A stretch of 64,000 nucleotides of DNA, from assembly GCF_004010195.1 (NCBI RefSeq), contig NC_057719.1:60592002-60656001 (forward strand), read 5' to 3'. The translations under genes and the position numbers were made by a program. The notes beneath the pieces were generated by a model. It searched no databases and was not told the origin of the DNA. It saw only the letters and a list, made by a program, of their open reading frames with translations. Shown piece by piece: positions 50,980-61,504 of the stretch (positions are counted from its first letter, which is position 1; the number at the start of each line of letters is the position of its first letter). This DNA comes from Chiloscyllium plagiosum (lineage: Eukaryota).

Positions 50980-52160
50980 CTATTATAATACAGTTTCAAC
51001 ATGTTCACATGACATACCTGATACCGTTTTTTTCAATCTGGCATCTTTACTAAATAGTTCACCTGACTTAATGTTTTCTCAATTTGATAGGGACCACTAA
51101 ACCTGGCTTTGAAGGGATCTCCATCACTAGTAACAGTACTAACACGTCAACCCCTTAGGAAAATGTCCGAGTCTCAGTTTTTATCTGCCACCTGCTTCAT
51201 TCTATGCTGTGACCTCTTTAGGTGCTATTTAGCTAACTCAGCTACTTGATTTAATCTCTCCTTCACATAATCTAAGTGTGAGATCTCCGACTTTGGTCCT
51301 GTGAATTTCTCTTTGATTAATTTCAAAGGGCCTCGCACTTCATGTCCGAATATTAACTTGAAGGGAGTAAACTGAGTAGATTATTTTGGGGTATCTCTAA
51401 TGGCAAACGATATGAATGGGATACCTTTCTCCCAATCATTCGGGTAATCCTGGCAGTATGCTCTCAACATGATCTTCAAGGTTTGCTGCCACCTTTCTAA
51501 AGCTCCCTGGGATTCAGGATGATACGCAATTGATTTAAAGTGCTGTATACCGGAGTTTTCCATAGCCTCCTTAAACAGCCGAGCAGTAAAATTAGACCCA
51601 TTGGTCCAAATGAATCTCTCTGAGTCGCTCGTACTGTGTGAAGAAAGCTACTAACTCCTCTACTACCCTTTTTGCCTTGATACTCTGTAATGGAGTTGCC
51701 TCTGTAGAGCTGGCAGACACATCCATTATGATTAACCTGTACTGGTTCCCACTTTTAGTTCTCAGGAGGGGACCTACACAATCAATTATAACCTGTGTGA
51801 AAGGTTCTTCCAATCCGAGAGTTGGCAACAAAGGTGCTGGTTTTATTACTGCCTATGGTTTACCATACCATTTGGCATGTATAACTCATTAACCATATCC
51901 GTATGCATTCCAGGCCAATAAAAATGCTTTTGTACCTTAGCCTGAGCCTTTCATACCTCTAGGTGACCTCCTACAGGTAGTTCATGCGCTACCCGTAACA
52001 CTTCCTGTTTGTATGCTATCGGCAACACAATCTGGTGCACTTCGGCCCATTTCTCCTCTGGACTAACCTGCCATGGTCTCCATTTCCACCTGAGGATTCT
52101 ATCTTTCAGATAATAACACTCTAGAACACTTACTGCCTCCTTTTTGGAGTACGCATCCAT
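50980..52160 (-). pseudogene. Gypsy integrase located upstream of RT
   Basis: QIVLPIAYKQEVLRVAHELPVGGHL (zinc-finger HH), EPFTQVIIDCVGPL, IHLDQ, YHPESQGALERWQQTLK and a C-terminal GPY-type motif. Confidence 0.92.
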
Positions 52161-52399
52161 ATATATATATATATATGTCTTTCTGTTGCAAGTCTCTTAG
52201 CCTTTCAGGACTAAACACTTCTGTCTGACCCTCTGCCTGTTCAGGTTTTTACTGCATCAAAACAGGGTGTCCGGTAATTGAACCTCAACTCCTTAATTTT
52301 TCTCTTTATCATAAGTTGCAGCACAAAGCAAAAACTAATGAGATCTTTTACTACACAGTCTGGGAAAATACCAGGTTATTTTTCTTTTAACTCCTCAGT

Positions 52400-52760
52400 T
52401 TCTTGATCTTTCTTGGGCTTCTCCACAACAAGGGATGTCACTCCTACCCTGGACCCTGCTAAATCATTCCCAAGGCAAAGTGGATTCCTGGAATTGACAT
52501 TCTGACAATCACTCCCAGTGTTACTTCCCCAGTCTTGAGTTGGCACCCCAACCTGATCTTACATAGGGGAACACTAAATTTCTGTCCATCTATCCCACAA
52601 ATTACCACACTCTTAGGTGACAGATCAGAAAGATTGCAAATTCACTCGTCTCTTACTATCAGTGGCTGGTTCAATCCTGTCTCACTCAAAATGATAACTT
52701 CTTGCCCTTCTCCCTCTATTCTTTCTGAGTAAATTTTACCCACAGAAGGGAAATGCTTTC
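52400..52760 (-). pseudogene. Gypsy aspartic protease, degenerate
   Basis: VIILSETGLNQ (LRDTG-like) and ALGNDLAG. Confidence 0.65.
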
Positions 52761-52916
52761 TGGAGATCAAGTAAAACCTTCATACACAGCCGCTGCCTAC
52801 GCAGTGCACTCTCCTGCAGCTCCTCGGCTTTTCTTTGGGTCTCCTTTACTACATTCACTAATGCCACTGGCTGAGCTTCTTTTACCACATCTTATCCCAC
52901 AATGCTTTGTCATGAT

Positions 52917-53226
52917 TTAGATTACTTACAGTGTGGAAACAGGCCCTTCAGCCCAACAAGTCCATGCCGACCCTCCAAAGAGCAACCCACCCAGATCCAT
53001 TCCCTACACTTATCCCTTTGCCTAACACTACAGGCAATTTAGCATGGCCAATTCACCTAACCTGCACATTTTTGGACTGTGGGAGGAAAACAGAGCACCC
53101 GGAGGAAACCCACACAGACATGGGGAGAATGTGCAAACTCCACACAGACAGTTGCCTGAGGCGGGAATTGAACACGGGTCTCTGGCACTGTGAGGCAGCA
53201 GTGCTAACTACTGTGCCACCTTGCCT
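52917..53226 (-). mobile_element. HE1-type V-SINE inserted in the provirus
   Basis: Closely similar to 17996-18312. Confidence 0.92.
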
Positions 53227-53299
53227 TGCTTTAATGACCGGCACTATGACTTTATGCGCCTGAGGTCTTTCACCTCTTTTCCACTCTCTCGGGCTTCTT

Positions 53300-53871
53300 T
53301 TTTTAAACTGTGGTAAACACTTACCAGTGTTCTCTACTCTTTGTCTCATCATGGAGGTTCTCCCCTTCTCCCAAATTCTATGCCTCACAGAACAGAATTC
53401 TGGCCAGAAGCTTGTCTAATGCACCTGCATGTACTCATCTGCTAATCTTACTGCCCTTCTCACTCTCTGAACTTTCTGTTCATCCACATGAATTCTTACC
53501 ATCTCTGGAAGTGAGTTTTTAAACTCCTCCAGCGCAAAAATCTCTCTTAGAGCCTCATAGGTCGTATCTAGCTGTAAGGCCTGCACCTATCTATCAAAAT
53601 GATTATGTTTAATTCTTTCAAACTCTACATGAGTATGACCTGGTTCCTCCTTCATGTTTCTGAACTGGTGTCTATGTGCTTCTGGTACTAATTCGTAAGC
53701 ACTTAAAATAGCTGTTGACCTCTTCATAATCTCTTGACCCCTCATCTGACAGCGCGGGAAATACCTCACTAGCTCTGCCTACTAGTTTAGTCTGAATTAG
53801 CATTACTCATAAATCCTCGGACCACCCCATTTGCCAAGACAATTTTTTAAATGAAATAAAGAAGGCTTTGA
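53300..53871 (-). pseudogene. Gypsy gag capsid with SCAN-like domain
   Basis: KAFFISFKK...LIQTKLVGRASEV; ILSAYELVPEAHRHQFR...FDR*VQAL...YEALREIFALEEFKNSLPEMVRIHV. Confidence 0.8.
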
Positions 53872-56756
53872 CATAGAGTCATAGGGATGACAGCATGGAA
53901 ACAGACCCTTCAGTCCAACCTGTCCATGCCGACCAGATACTTCACCCCAATCTAGTCCCACCTGCCAGCACCTGGCGCATATCCCTCCAAATCCTTCCTA
54001 TTCACATACTCATCCAGATGCCTTTTAAATGTTGCAATTGTACTTGCCTCCACTATTTCCTCTTGCAGCCCATTCCACATAGGCACCACCCTCTGCGTCA
54101 AAACTTTGCCCTTTAGGTCTCTTTTAGATCTTTCCCCTCTCACCCTAAACCTATGTCTTGTAGTTATGGGCTCCCCCACCCAAGGGAAAAGACCTTGTCT
54201 ATTTAACCTGTCCATGCGCCTCATGATTTTATAAACCTCTATAAAGGTCACCTCTCAGCCTCTGATGTTCCATGGAAAACAGCCCCAGTCTATTCAACCC
54301 TTCCCCATAGTTCAAATCCTCCAACCCTGGCAACACCCTTGTAAATCTTTTCTGAACCCTCTCAAGTTTCACAACATCCTTCTGATAAGGAGACCAGAAT
54401 TGCACACAATATTCCAAAAGTGGCCTTATCAATGTTCTACAGCCGCAACATGACCTCCCAACTCCTGTACTCAATACTCTGACCAATAAAGGAAAGCAGA
54501 CCAAATGCCTTCTTCACTATCCTATCTACCTGCGACTCCACTTTCAAGGAGCTATGAATCTGCACTCCAAGGTCTCCTTGTTCAGCAACACTCCCTAGGA
54601 CCTTACCATTCAGTGTATAAGTCCTGCCCTGATTTGTCTTTCCAAAATGCAGCACCTTGCATTTATCTAAATTAAACTCCATCTGCCACTCCTCAGCCCA
54701 TTGGCCCATCTGATCAAGATCCCATTGTAATCCGAGGTAACCTTCTTAGCTGTCCACTATACCTCCAATTTTGGTGTCGTCTGCAAACTTACTAACTGTA
54801 CCTCTTGTGCTCACATCCAAATCATTTATCTAAATGATGAAAAGTACTGAACCCAACACCGATCCTTGTGGCACTCCACTGGTCATAGGCCTCCAGTCTG
54901 AAAAACAATCCATTGCCACTACCCTCTGTCCTTTACCTTAGAGCCAATTCTGTATCCAACTTGTTAGTTTTCCCTGTAGTCCGTTAGACCTAACCTTGTG
55001 AACCAGTCTCCCATGGAGAACCGTCTCGAACACCTTACTGAAATCCATATAGATGATGTCTACCACTCTGCTCTCAACAATCCTCTTGGTTACTTCTTCA
55101 AAAAATTCAATCAAGTTTGTGAGACATGATTTCCCACGCCCAAAGCCATGTTGACTCTTTAATCAGTCCTTGCCTTTCCAAATACATGTACATGCTGTCC
55201 CCCAGGATTCCCTCCAACAACTTGCCCACCACCGACATCAGGCTCACTGGTCTATAGATCCCTGGCATCTCCTTACCTCCTTTCTTAGCTGAGCGAAAAG
55301 AGAGAAAATTTGAACTTGAGAAGTTGCGGCCAGGCAAGTTATTTGGGTGGAACTGAGAAATAACAAAGGGATGATCACCTTATGAGGATTGTATTATAGA
55401 CCCCATAATAGTCAGCGGGAAATTGAGAAACAGATTTGTAAGGAGATTTCAGTTATCTGTCAGAATAATAGGGTAGTTAAGGCAGGGGATTTTAACTTCC
55501 AAATGTAGACTGGGACTGTAATAGTGCTAAGGATTTAAATAGGGAGGACTTGAAGTGTGTACAAGACAATTTTCTGATTCAGTATGTGGATGTACCTACT
55601 AGAGAAGGTGCAAAACTTGACCTACTCTTAGAAAATAAGGCAGGGCAAGTGTCTATGGTGTCAGTGGGGGAGCACTTTGGGGCCAGTGACCATAATTCTA
55701 TTAGATTTAAAATAGTGATGGAAAAGGATAGACCAGATCTAAAAGTTGAAGTTCTGAATTGGAGGAAGGCTCATTTTGACGGTATTAGGCAAGAACTTTC
55801 AAAAGCTGATTGGGGGCAGATGTTCACAGGTAAAGGGATAGCTGGAAAACGGTAGGCCTTCAGAAATGAGATAACAAGAATCCAGAGACAGTACATTCCT
55901 CTTAGGGTGAAAGGAAAGGCTGGTCGGTGTAGGGAATGCTGAATGACGAGAGAAATTGAGGGTTTGTTTAAGAAAAAGAAGGAAGTATCTGTCAGGTATA
56001 GACAGGAGAGATCAAGTGAATCCTTAGAAGAGTATAAAGGCAGTAGGAGTATACTTAAGAGGGAAATCAGGAGGGCAAAAAAGGGACATGAGGTAGCTTT
56101 CGCAAATAGGGTTAAGGAGAATCCAAAGGGTTTTTACAAATACATTAAGGACAAAAGGGTAACTAAGGAGAGAATAGGGCCCCCCCTCAAAGATCAGCAA
56201 GGCGGCCTTTGTGTGAAGCCTCAGGAGAGGGGGGAGATACTAAACAAGTATTTTGCATCAGTGCTTACTGTGGAAAAGGACATGGAAGATATAGAATGTA
56301 GGGAAATAAATGGTGACATCTTGATAAATTTTTTTATTACACAGGAGAAGGATGTGCTGGATGTCTTGAAATGCATAAAATGGATAAATCCCCAGAACCT
56401 GATCAGGTGTACCCTTGAACTCCGTGGGAATCGAGGGAAGTGGTTGCTGGGCCTCTTGCTGAAATATTTGTATCATCAATAATCACAGATGAGGTGCCAG
56501 AAGACTGGAGGTTGGCTAATTTTCTTGTACCCACTTAAATTCCTCTTTATCTAAATCCTTAGCATTATGACAGTCCCAGTCTATGTTTGGAAGTTAAAAC
56601 CCCCTGCCTTAACCACCCTATTATTCTGACAGATAACTGAAATCTCCTTACAAATCTGTTTCTCAATTTCCCACTGACTATTATGGGATCAAAATACAAT
56701 CCTAATAAAGTGATCATCCCTTTCTTATTTCTCAGTTCCACCCAAACAACTTGCCT
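53872..56756. mobile_element. Long CR1 inserted in gag, with an internal inversion (minus 53872-55285, plus ~55335-56520, minus ~56521-56756)
   Basis: Endonuclease-region ORFs lie on + (DLLLENKAGQV..GEHFGASDHN; WMTREI-like) while the RT and tail lie on -. Confidence 0.9.
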
Positions 56757-57230
56757 GGCCGCAACTTCTCAAGTTCAAATTCTCTCTTTTTGCTCAGCTA
56801 AGAATCTCTCTTTCTTTTACCTCTCTCTCTCTCCTCCCTCTCTTTCTCTTTCCCTTTCTTTTCTCTCTATTTCTATTTCTCTCTCCCTTTCATCTCTCTC
56901 TTTGCTCATATAAAAACCTGCTCGCTTTTTCCTCATTCACCCTTTCCCTTCTCTCTCTCTTTTGTTTATCTTCTTGCTCCATTTATCTCAATTGTAATTT
57001 TGTTTTATCTGACTCTACTGCATTGTCTGTTTCTCTGACACTCCTAAATGTTTGAGTAATTCCCTTCCATTTTCAACTGTACTTTTGTCCTTGGTCAATT
57101 CTAACCTCTTTGCTCATTCTCAGAGTATGGCCTTTTCCTTTTCTTTCTAAACTTTCTTGGCAAATTTGGGAATCATCTTCAAACCTCAGAATCCCTTTAG
57201 CAACTTTAAGAGCCATTTCTCTCATTTATA
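56757..57230 (-). pseudogene. Gypsy gag N-terminal charged/coiled-coil region
   Basis: CT-rich plus strand encoding an E/R/K-rich minus frame that ends ...EFELEKLR. Confidence 0.55.
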
Positions 57231-57323
57231 ATTTAACCAACCACAAGTAATTGAAATTAAACAAATTGTCCCACTTACGTTTTACTTGAAAAGCTAGGAC
57301 ACTAACTGGCAAGTGTTCAAATA

Positions 57324-57533
57324 CTGGAAATGTGTTGCTGGAAAAGCGCAGCAGGTCAGGCAGCATCCAGGGAACAGGAGAATCGACGTTTTGGGCATAA
57401 GCCCTTCAAGGAAGGGCTTATGCCCAAAACGTCGATTCTCCTGTTCCCTGGATGCTGCCTGACCTGCTACGCTTTTCCAGCAACACATTTCCAGCTCTGA
57501 TCTCCAGCATCTGCAGACCTCACTTTCTCCTCA
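57324..57533. mobile_element. Palindromic PLE-terminal-repeat insertion, 84-bp arms, 13-bp TSD
   Basis: Arms 57324-57407 and 57411-57494 (one mismatch); flanks aagtgttcaaata (57311-57323) and aagtgtttaaata (57534-57546). Confidence 0.9.
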
Positions 57534-57651
57534 AAGTGTTTAAATATGCTGGGCTTTTGTCATAGCCCAAATCTATTCAAAACTGTCCAAATCTCAGAGT
57601 GGCTCTGTCTAAAGCTGTTCAAATCACAAATCCAAGACCCAAATTGTTCAA

Positions 57652-57671
57652 ATCCTGGCAACAAGACCCCA
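57652..57671 (-). promoter_or_regulatory. Primer-binding site, tRNA-Pro-like
   Basis: TGGGGTCTTGTTGCCAGGAT lies 3 nt inside the 5' LTR; the tRNA-Pro PBS is TGGGGGCTCGTCCGGGAT. Confidence 0.65.
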
Positions 57672-57674
57672 AAA

Positions 57675-58363
57675 TGTTATGACATGGGGTAAGCCCCTCT
57701 GCTAATTTAAACCCGACACACAGAGAAGCTCACCTTGCGCCATAATCTGTTAAATTTCAATAGGCAAAGAACTATCCCAGATTTCACAATTTAAAGTAAA
57801 AATTAACAATTTTATTCTTTAGGTCCAACAGAAAATATTAAAACCACAACCATTTATAAAAACCTTTCTCTTAAACCTATCTTTTACCTCCCATTCTACA
57901 ATTCTGATCCAATAAATTCCCTCTTAAATTTACAGCAAATCTGTTTCAAACCCAGTTGTCATCTTCAGATGTAAAACCTTCTTTGCAGATTTCTCTAGGT
58001 CAGCTGCACAAATTTCATGGATATGTCCCATTCAGGGAGCTATTCTGTGAGTGCTCTATGCTGTTCTCTCCTTTACTGTTGAAAATGTCTGATATTATAC
58101 CCCAAAACACCAGACCATTTCATTGGTTTGATATCATCCCAAACAGTAAAATTCAAATTCAATTACATTTTGGTAACTGGGGCATAATTTAAGCTGATTG
58201 GCCAAATTTGAATTTGTTTTATTCCATGGCAATGCAACCAAAGCTATTTGTTTCAATCAAATCTTACATTTTTAAATAGTTCAGCATGCGCTTTGCTTTC
58301 AGTCAGTCCTTCCCAGCTTCCTCTCTTGCTTAAAAGTTACAGTACACCTCCATCTTCATAACA
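57675..58363 (-). repeat. 5' LTR (689 bp)
   Basis: tgttatga...tcataaca inverted termini. Confidence 0.9.
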
Positions 58364-58614
58364 ACCTGTGCACACAGGTCTCTCCTGAACACCCTTTAGA
58401 ATAGTATATTTTATTTTTTACTGTCTCTCCATGTTCTTTCTGTCAAAGTATATCACCTCACACTTCTTCGCATTCAACCTCAGTTGCTATCGTCCTCTGC
58501 CTCCTCCAGGATAATGTTAATATCTTTTTGAAATTTTACACTAACTTCCTCACAATTCATCCATAACTTGCAATGTTTGCAATTGGTCTCTACAGTCCAA
58601 TACCAAGACTATTC

Positions 58615-58860
58615 TAGCGTCGGGTGACTGTTTGTGTGGAGTTTGCACATTCACCCCGAGTCAGCGTGGGTTTGCTCCAGTTTCCTCCTACAGTCCAAAG
58701 ATGTGCAGGTCAGGTGAATTGGCCATGCTAAATTGTCCATAGTGTTAAGTGCATTAGTCAGAGGGAAATGGGTCTGGGTGGGTTACTCTTCAGAGGGTCA
58801 GTGTGGACTGGTTGGGCCGAAGGGCCTGTTTCCATGCTGTAGGGAATCTAATCTAATCAT
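58615..58860 (+). mobile_element. HE1-type V-SINE, 5'-truncated
   Basis: tgtgtggagtttgcacatt...ttggccatgctaaattg...aatctaatctaatc. Confidence 0.9.
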
Positions 58861-59539
58861 GAACATATTTCAGGAAAAGATCCCAATTCTGAATTCAGGG
58901 GAACTCCACAGCAAGCCTTCATTCAGCCTAAAACATATCTATTGGATAAAATGGATCAAGCCTGCCTTTACCATTCTGAACTTCCAGATCTGAAGATTGT
59001 ATTAGAGCAGCTGAAAATAAAGCATTGAAAGCAGCTCTAAAATATTAAAAGAAAACAAGAGTTGGAGAGATCCAACAACTTTAAAGATACATCTGAACTG
59101 AAGCTCAGATACTGGCACTGACACAATGTAATCAAGCTTTAGAGCCCTGAAAATAAAATGACTCTTGACAGAATCAGCCAGTGTTATGCAATTAACACAA
59201 AAAACTTCAGAACTTGAAGATTACAGAGCACTATTATCTCAGGAAAACATTCTGCATACAATCAATGAATGTTGACTTTACAGTGGAAAAAGAAAAATAT
59301 TGAAAGGAAGAAAAAAATTCTATTTAACTTTTGCAGAAGATTATCAGACAGGAGCAAGTCCATGTTAAGGATGACAATTACCTGCACAATTAAACATTAC
59401 CTTTAGAAAAAATAGTAAAACACAGGCAAGTAAACCAAATTTCCATTGCTATGCAAGAATTTTTGATACATCTTGGAGCACAAGTCTATTTCCTCACAAG
59501 AAATTATACATTTTCCCTTTCTGAAAGAATTCCAGAAAA

Positions 59540-60690
59540 TTTCCTGCTTGCAGAGAAGCTAAAATACCACTCCAACCCTGAAATGAATCTCCCAGAAAAT
59601 GATAAGGGGAGGTGAGAGTTATAGTCCTTGACATCAAGGCTGCATTAGGGCACAAACTCTCCACTGGTTGGAGTCAGACCTCGCACATAGGAAGTTAAGA
59701 GCTGAAAATGTGTTGCTGGAAAAGCGCAGCAGGTCAGGCAGCATCCAGGGAACAGGAGAATCGACGTTTCGGGCATAAGCCCTTCTTCAGGCTTATGCCC
59801 GAAACGTCGATTCTCCTGTTCCCTGGATGCTGCCTGACCTGCTGCGCTTTTCCAGCAACACATTTTCAGCTCTGATCTCCAGCATCTGCAGACCTCACTT
59901 TCTCCACATAGGAAGGTAATCATGGTTATTGGAGGTCAGCTCCAGGACATTGTTCAATCAGTTCCTCAGGATAGTGTCCTTGGACTAATCATCTTCAGCT
60001 GCTTCATCGATGACCTTCGTTCCATCATAAGGACAGAAGTAGTGATTTTCGCTGTGATTGCACAATGTTCGGCACCATTCACAATTCTTCTGATACTGAA
60101 ATAGTCCATGTTCAAATGCAATAATACCTGGACAATAGCTAACAAGAGGCAAGTAACATTCACGCCACACAAATGGCAGGCTATGACCATCACCAATAAG
60201 AGACAAATCTAACCACCAGCCCTTATCATTCATTGAATCCCCCCACTATCAACATCCTTGAGGTTACCATTGACCAGAAGCATAATTGGTCTTGCCATAT
60301 AAACACAGTAGTTTCAAGAGCAGGTCAGAGGCAAGGAATACTGCTGGGACTAACTAATCTCCTGACCTCCCCAAAGCCCACTATCTACAAGGCACAGGTT
60401 AGGAGCATGATGGAATACTCTGCACTTGCCTGGATGGCACATTTCCAACAACACTCAAGAAGCTTGACATCATTCAGGTTAAAGCAGCTGTTTGATTAGA
60501 ACAACATCCACATCGTTGTTCTTTCACTGTTGCTGGGCCAAAATCCCGGAACTTATCTTCCTAAGGGCATTGTGGATCAAGCCACAGCAAATGGACTGCA
60601 GCAGTTCAAGAAGGTGGCTCACCGCCAAATAGGGGTAGTAATAAATCCTGGCCAGCCACAGATTCCCACATCCCACAAATGAATAAAAAA
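59540..60690 (+). mobile_element. Second CR1/L2-group LINE, RT to 3' tail
   Basis: VPQDSVLGLIIFSCFIDDL, TIYKAQVRSMMEYSALAW and an aataaaaaa end. Confidence 0.85.
59699..59904. mobile_element. Young palindromic PLE-terminal-repeat insertion: perfect 84-bp stem, hammerhead-like core on minus strand
   Basis: 59698-59781 is the exact reverse complement of 59790-59873. Minus strand 59763-59790 reads CTGAAGA-A-GGGC-TTAT-GCCC-GAAAC-GTC. Flanks cacataggaag(t/g)taa at 59684-59698 and 59905-59919. Confidence 0.92.
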
Positions 60691-61370
60691 GAAATTCCTA
60701 TACATCCTCCCAGAGAGATGAGAATGTTATTGGAAATTAATCCCTCAAGTCAAAGAAGCTGTCTGGGGTCATGGGGGAGGGTTCAAGATGGGAGGAGAGT
60801 CGGAATGAAGAGTAAAAGTTTTATGGTGAAATGATGCATTATAAAATAACTTGGGGGAACATGCAGAGTAAAATGTTAATAATGTTTACAACAAGAATAG
60901 TGACTAAACATATGCGAAAGAAACTGTCAGAGTGATGTCAGATCACATGTAATTAGAGGCAACATATCCTCCCTTACCATAGTTATGTTTAATAAAGCCT
61001 GATAAACCTCATTGAAAGTATAGTTATCATATTTCTACAGAAGGGGAATTAAAAGTGAAGTTGTTAGTTGTGAGAACAATTTCATCCAGATGGAGAATGG
61101 GGGTGATGGATGAGGAGTGGTTGGTCCTCCATTCAAGGAAAATGCAGAAAGCCATCAGGCATCTCTAATGGCAGCTGAAGAGTTGAGAAAGTGATACAAA
61201 GGGGATGGTTTGGACCAGGAAATTGGAAAATGTAAGAGGGGATGAGGACATTGGAAGAGTCATGGATGCTGTTAGGAAGAGGCTGGACAACAGAACAGAA
61301 TGGGAAGAAGGTAAAAGCACTGTGCTTGTCTGGAGACTATGAGGTTAGAGGCTGTGGAGGAAAGAATTTA

Positions 61371-61504
61371 GAAACATAGAACAATACAGCGCAGAACAGG
61401 CCCTTCGGCCCTCGATGTTGCGCCGACCTGTGAACTATTCTCAGCTCGTCCCCCTACACTATCCCAAAATCATCCATGTGCTTATCTAAGGATTGTTTAA
61501 ATCT
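61371..61504 (-). mobile_element. Short CR1 3' tail
   Basis: agaaacatagaacaatacagcgcagaacaggcccttcggccctcgatgttgcgcc; matches 32200-32330. Confidence 0.85.

Larger units (their letters stand above)
49065..58363 (-). mobile_element. Gmr1-like Ty3/Gypsy provirus (LTR-gag-PR-INT-RT-RH-partial LTR), decayed, with nested insertions
   Basis: 5' LTR 57675-58363, partial 3' LTR 49065-49252, PBS 57652-57671, and the domain motifs listed as separate features. Confidence 0.9.

Noticed and set aside
57324..57533. MITE or pre-miRNA interpretation of the palindromes
   Set aside because: The arms are unequal (extra tail on one side), TSD lengths vary, the same sequence also occurs as monomers, and it matches PLE terminal repeats.
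49065..58363. Endogenous retrovirus or Copia element
   Set aside because: No env is seen, and the RT, RH and INT motifs are Ty3/Gypsy-type despite the Copia-like domain order.
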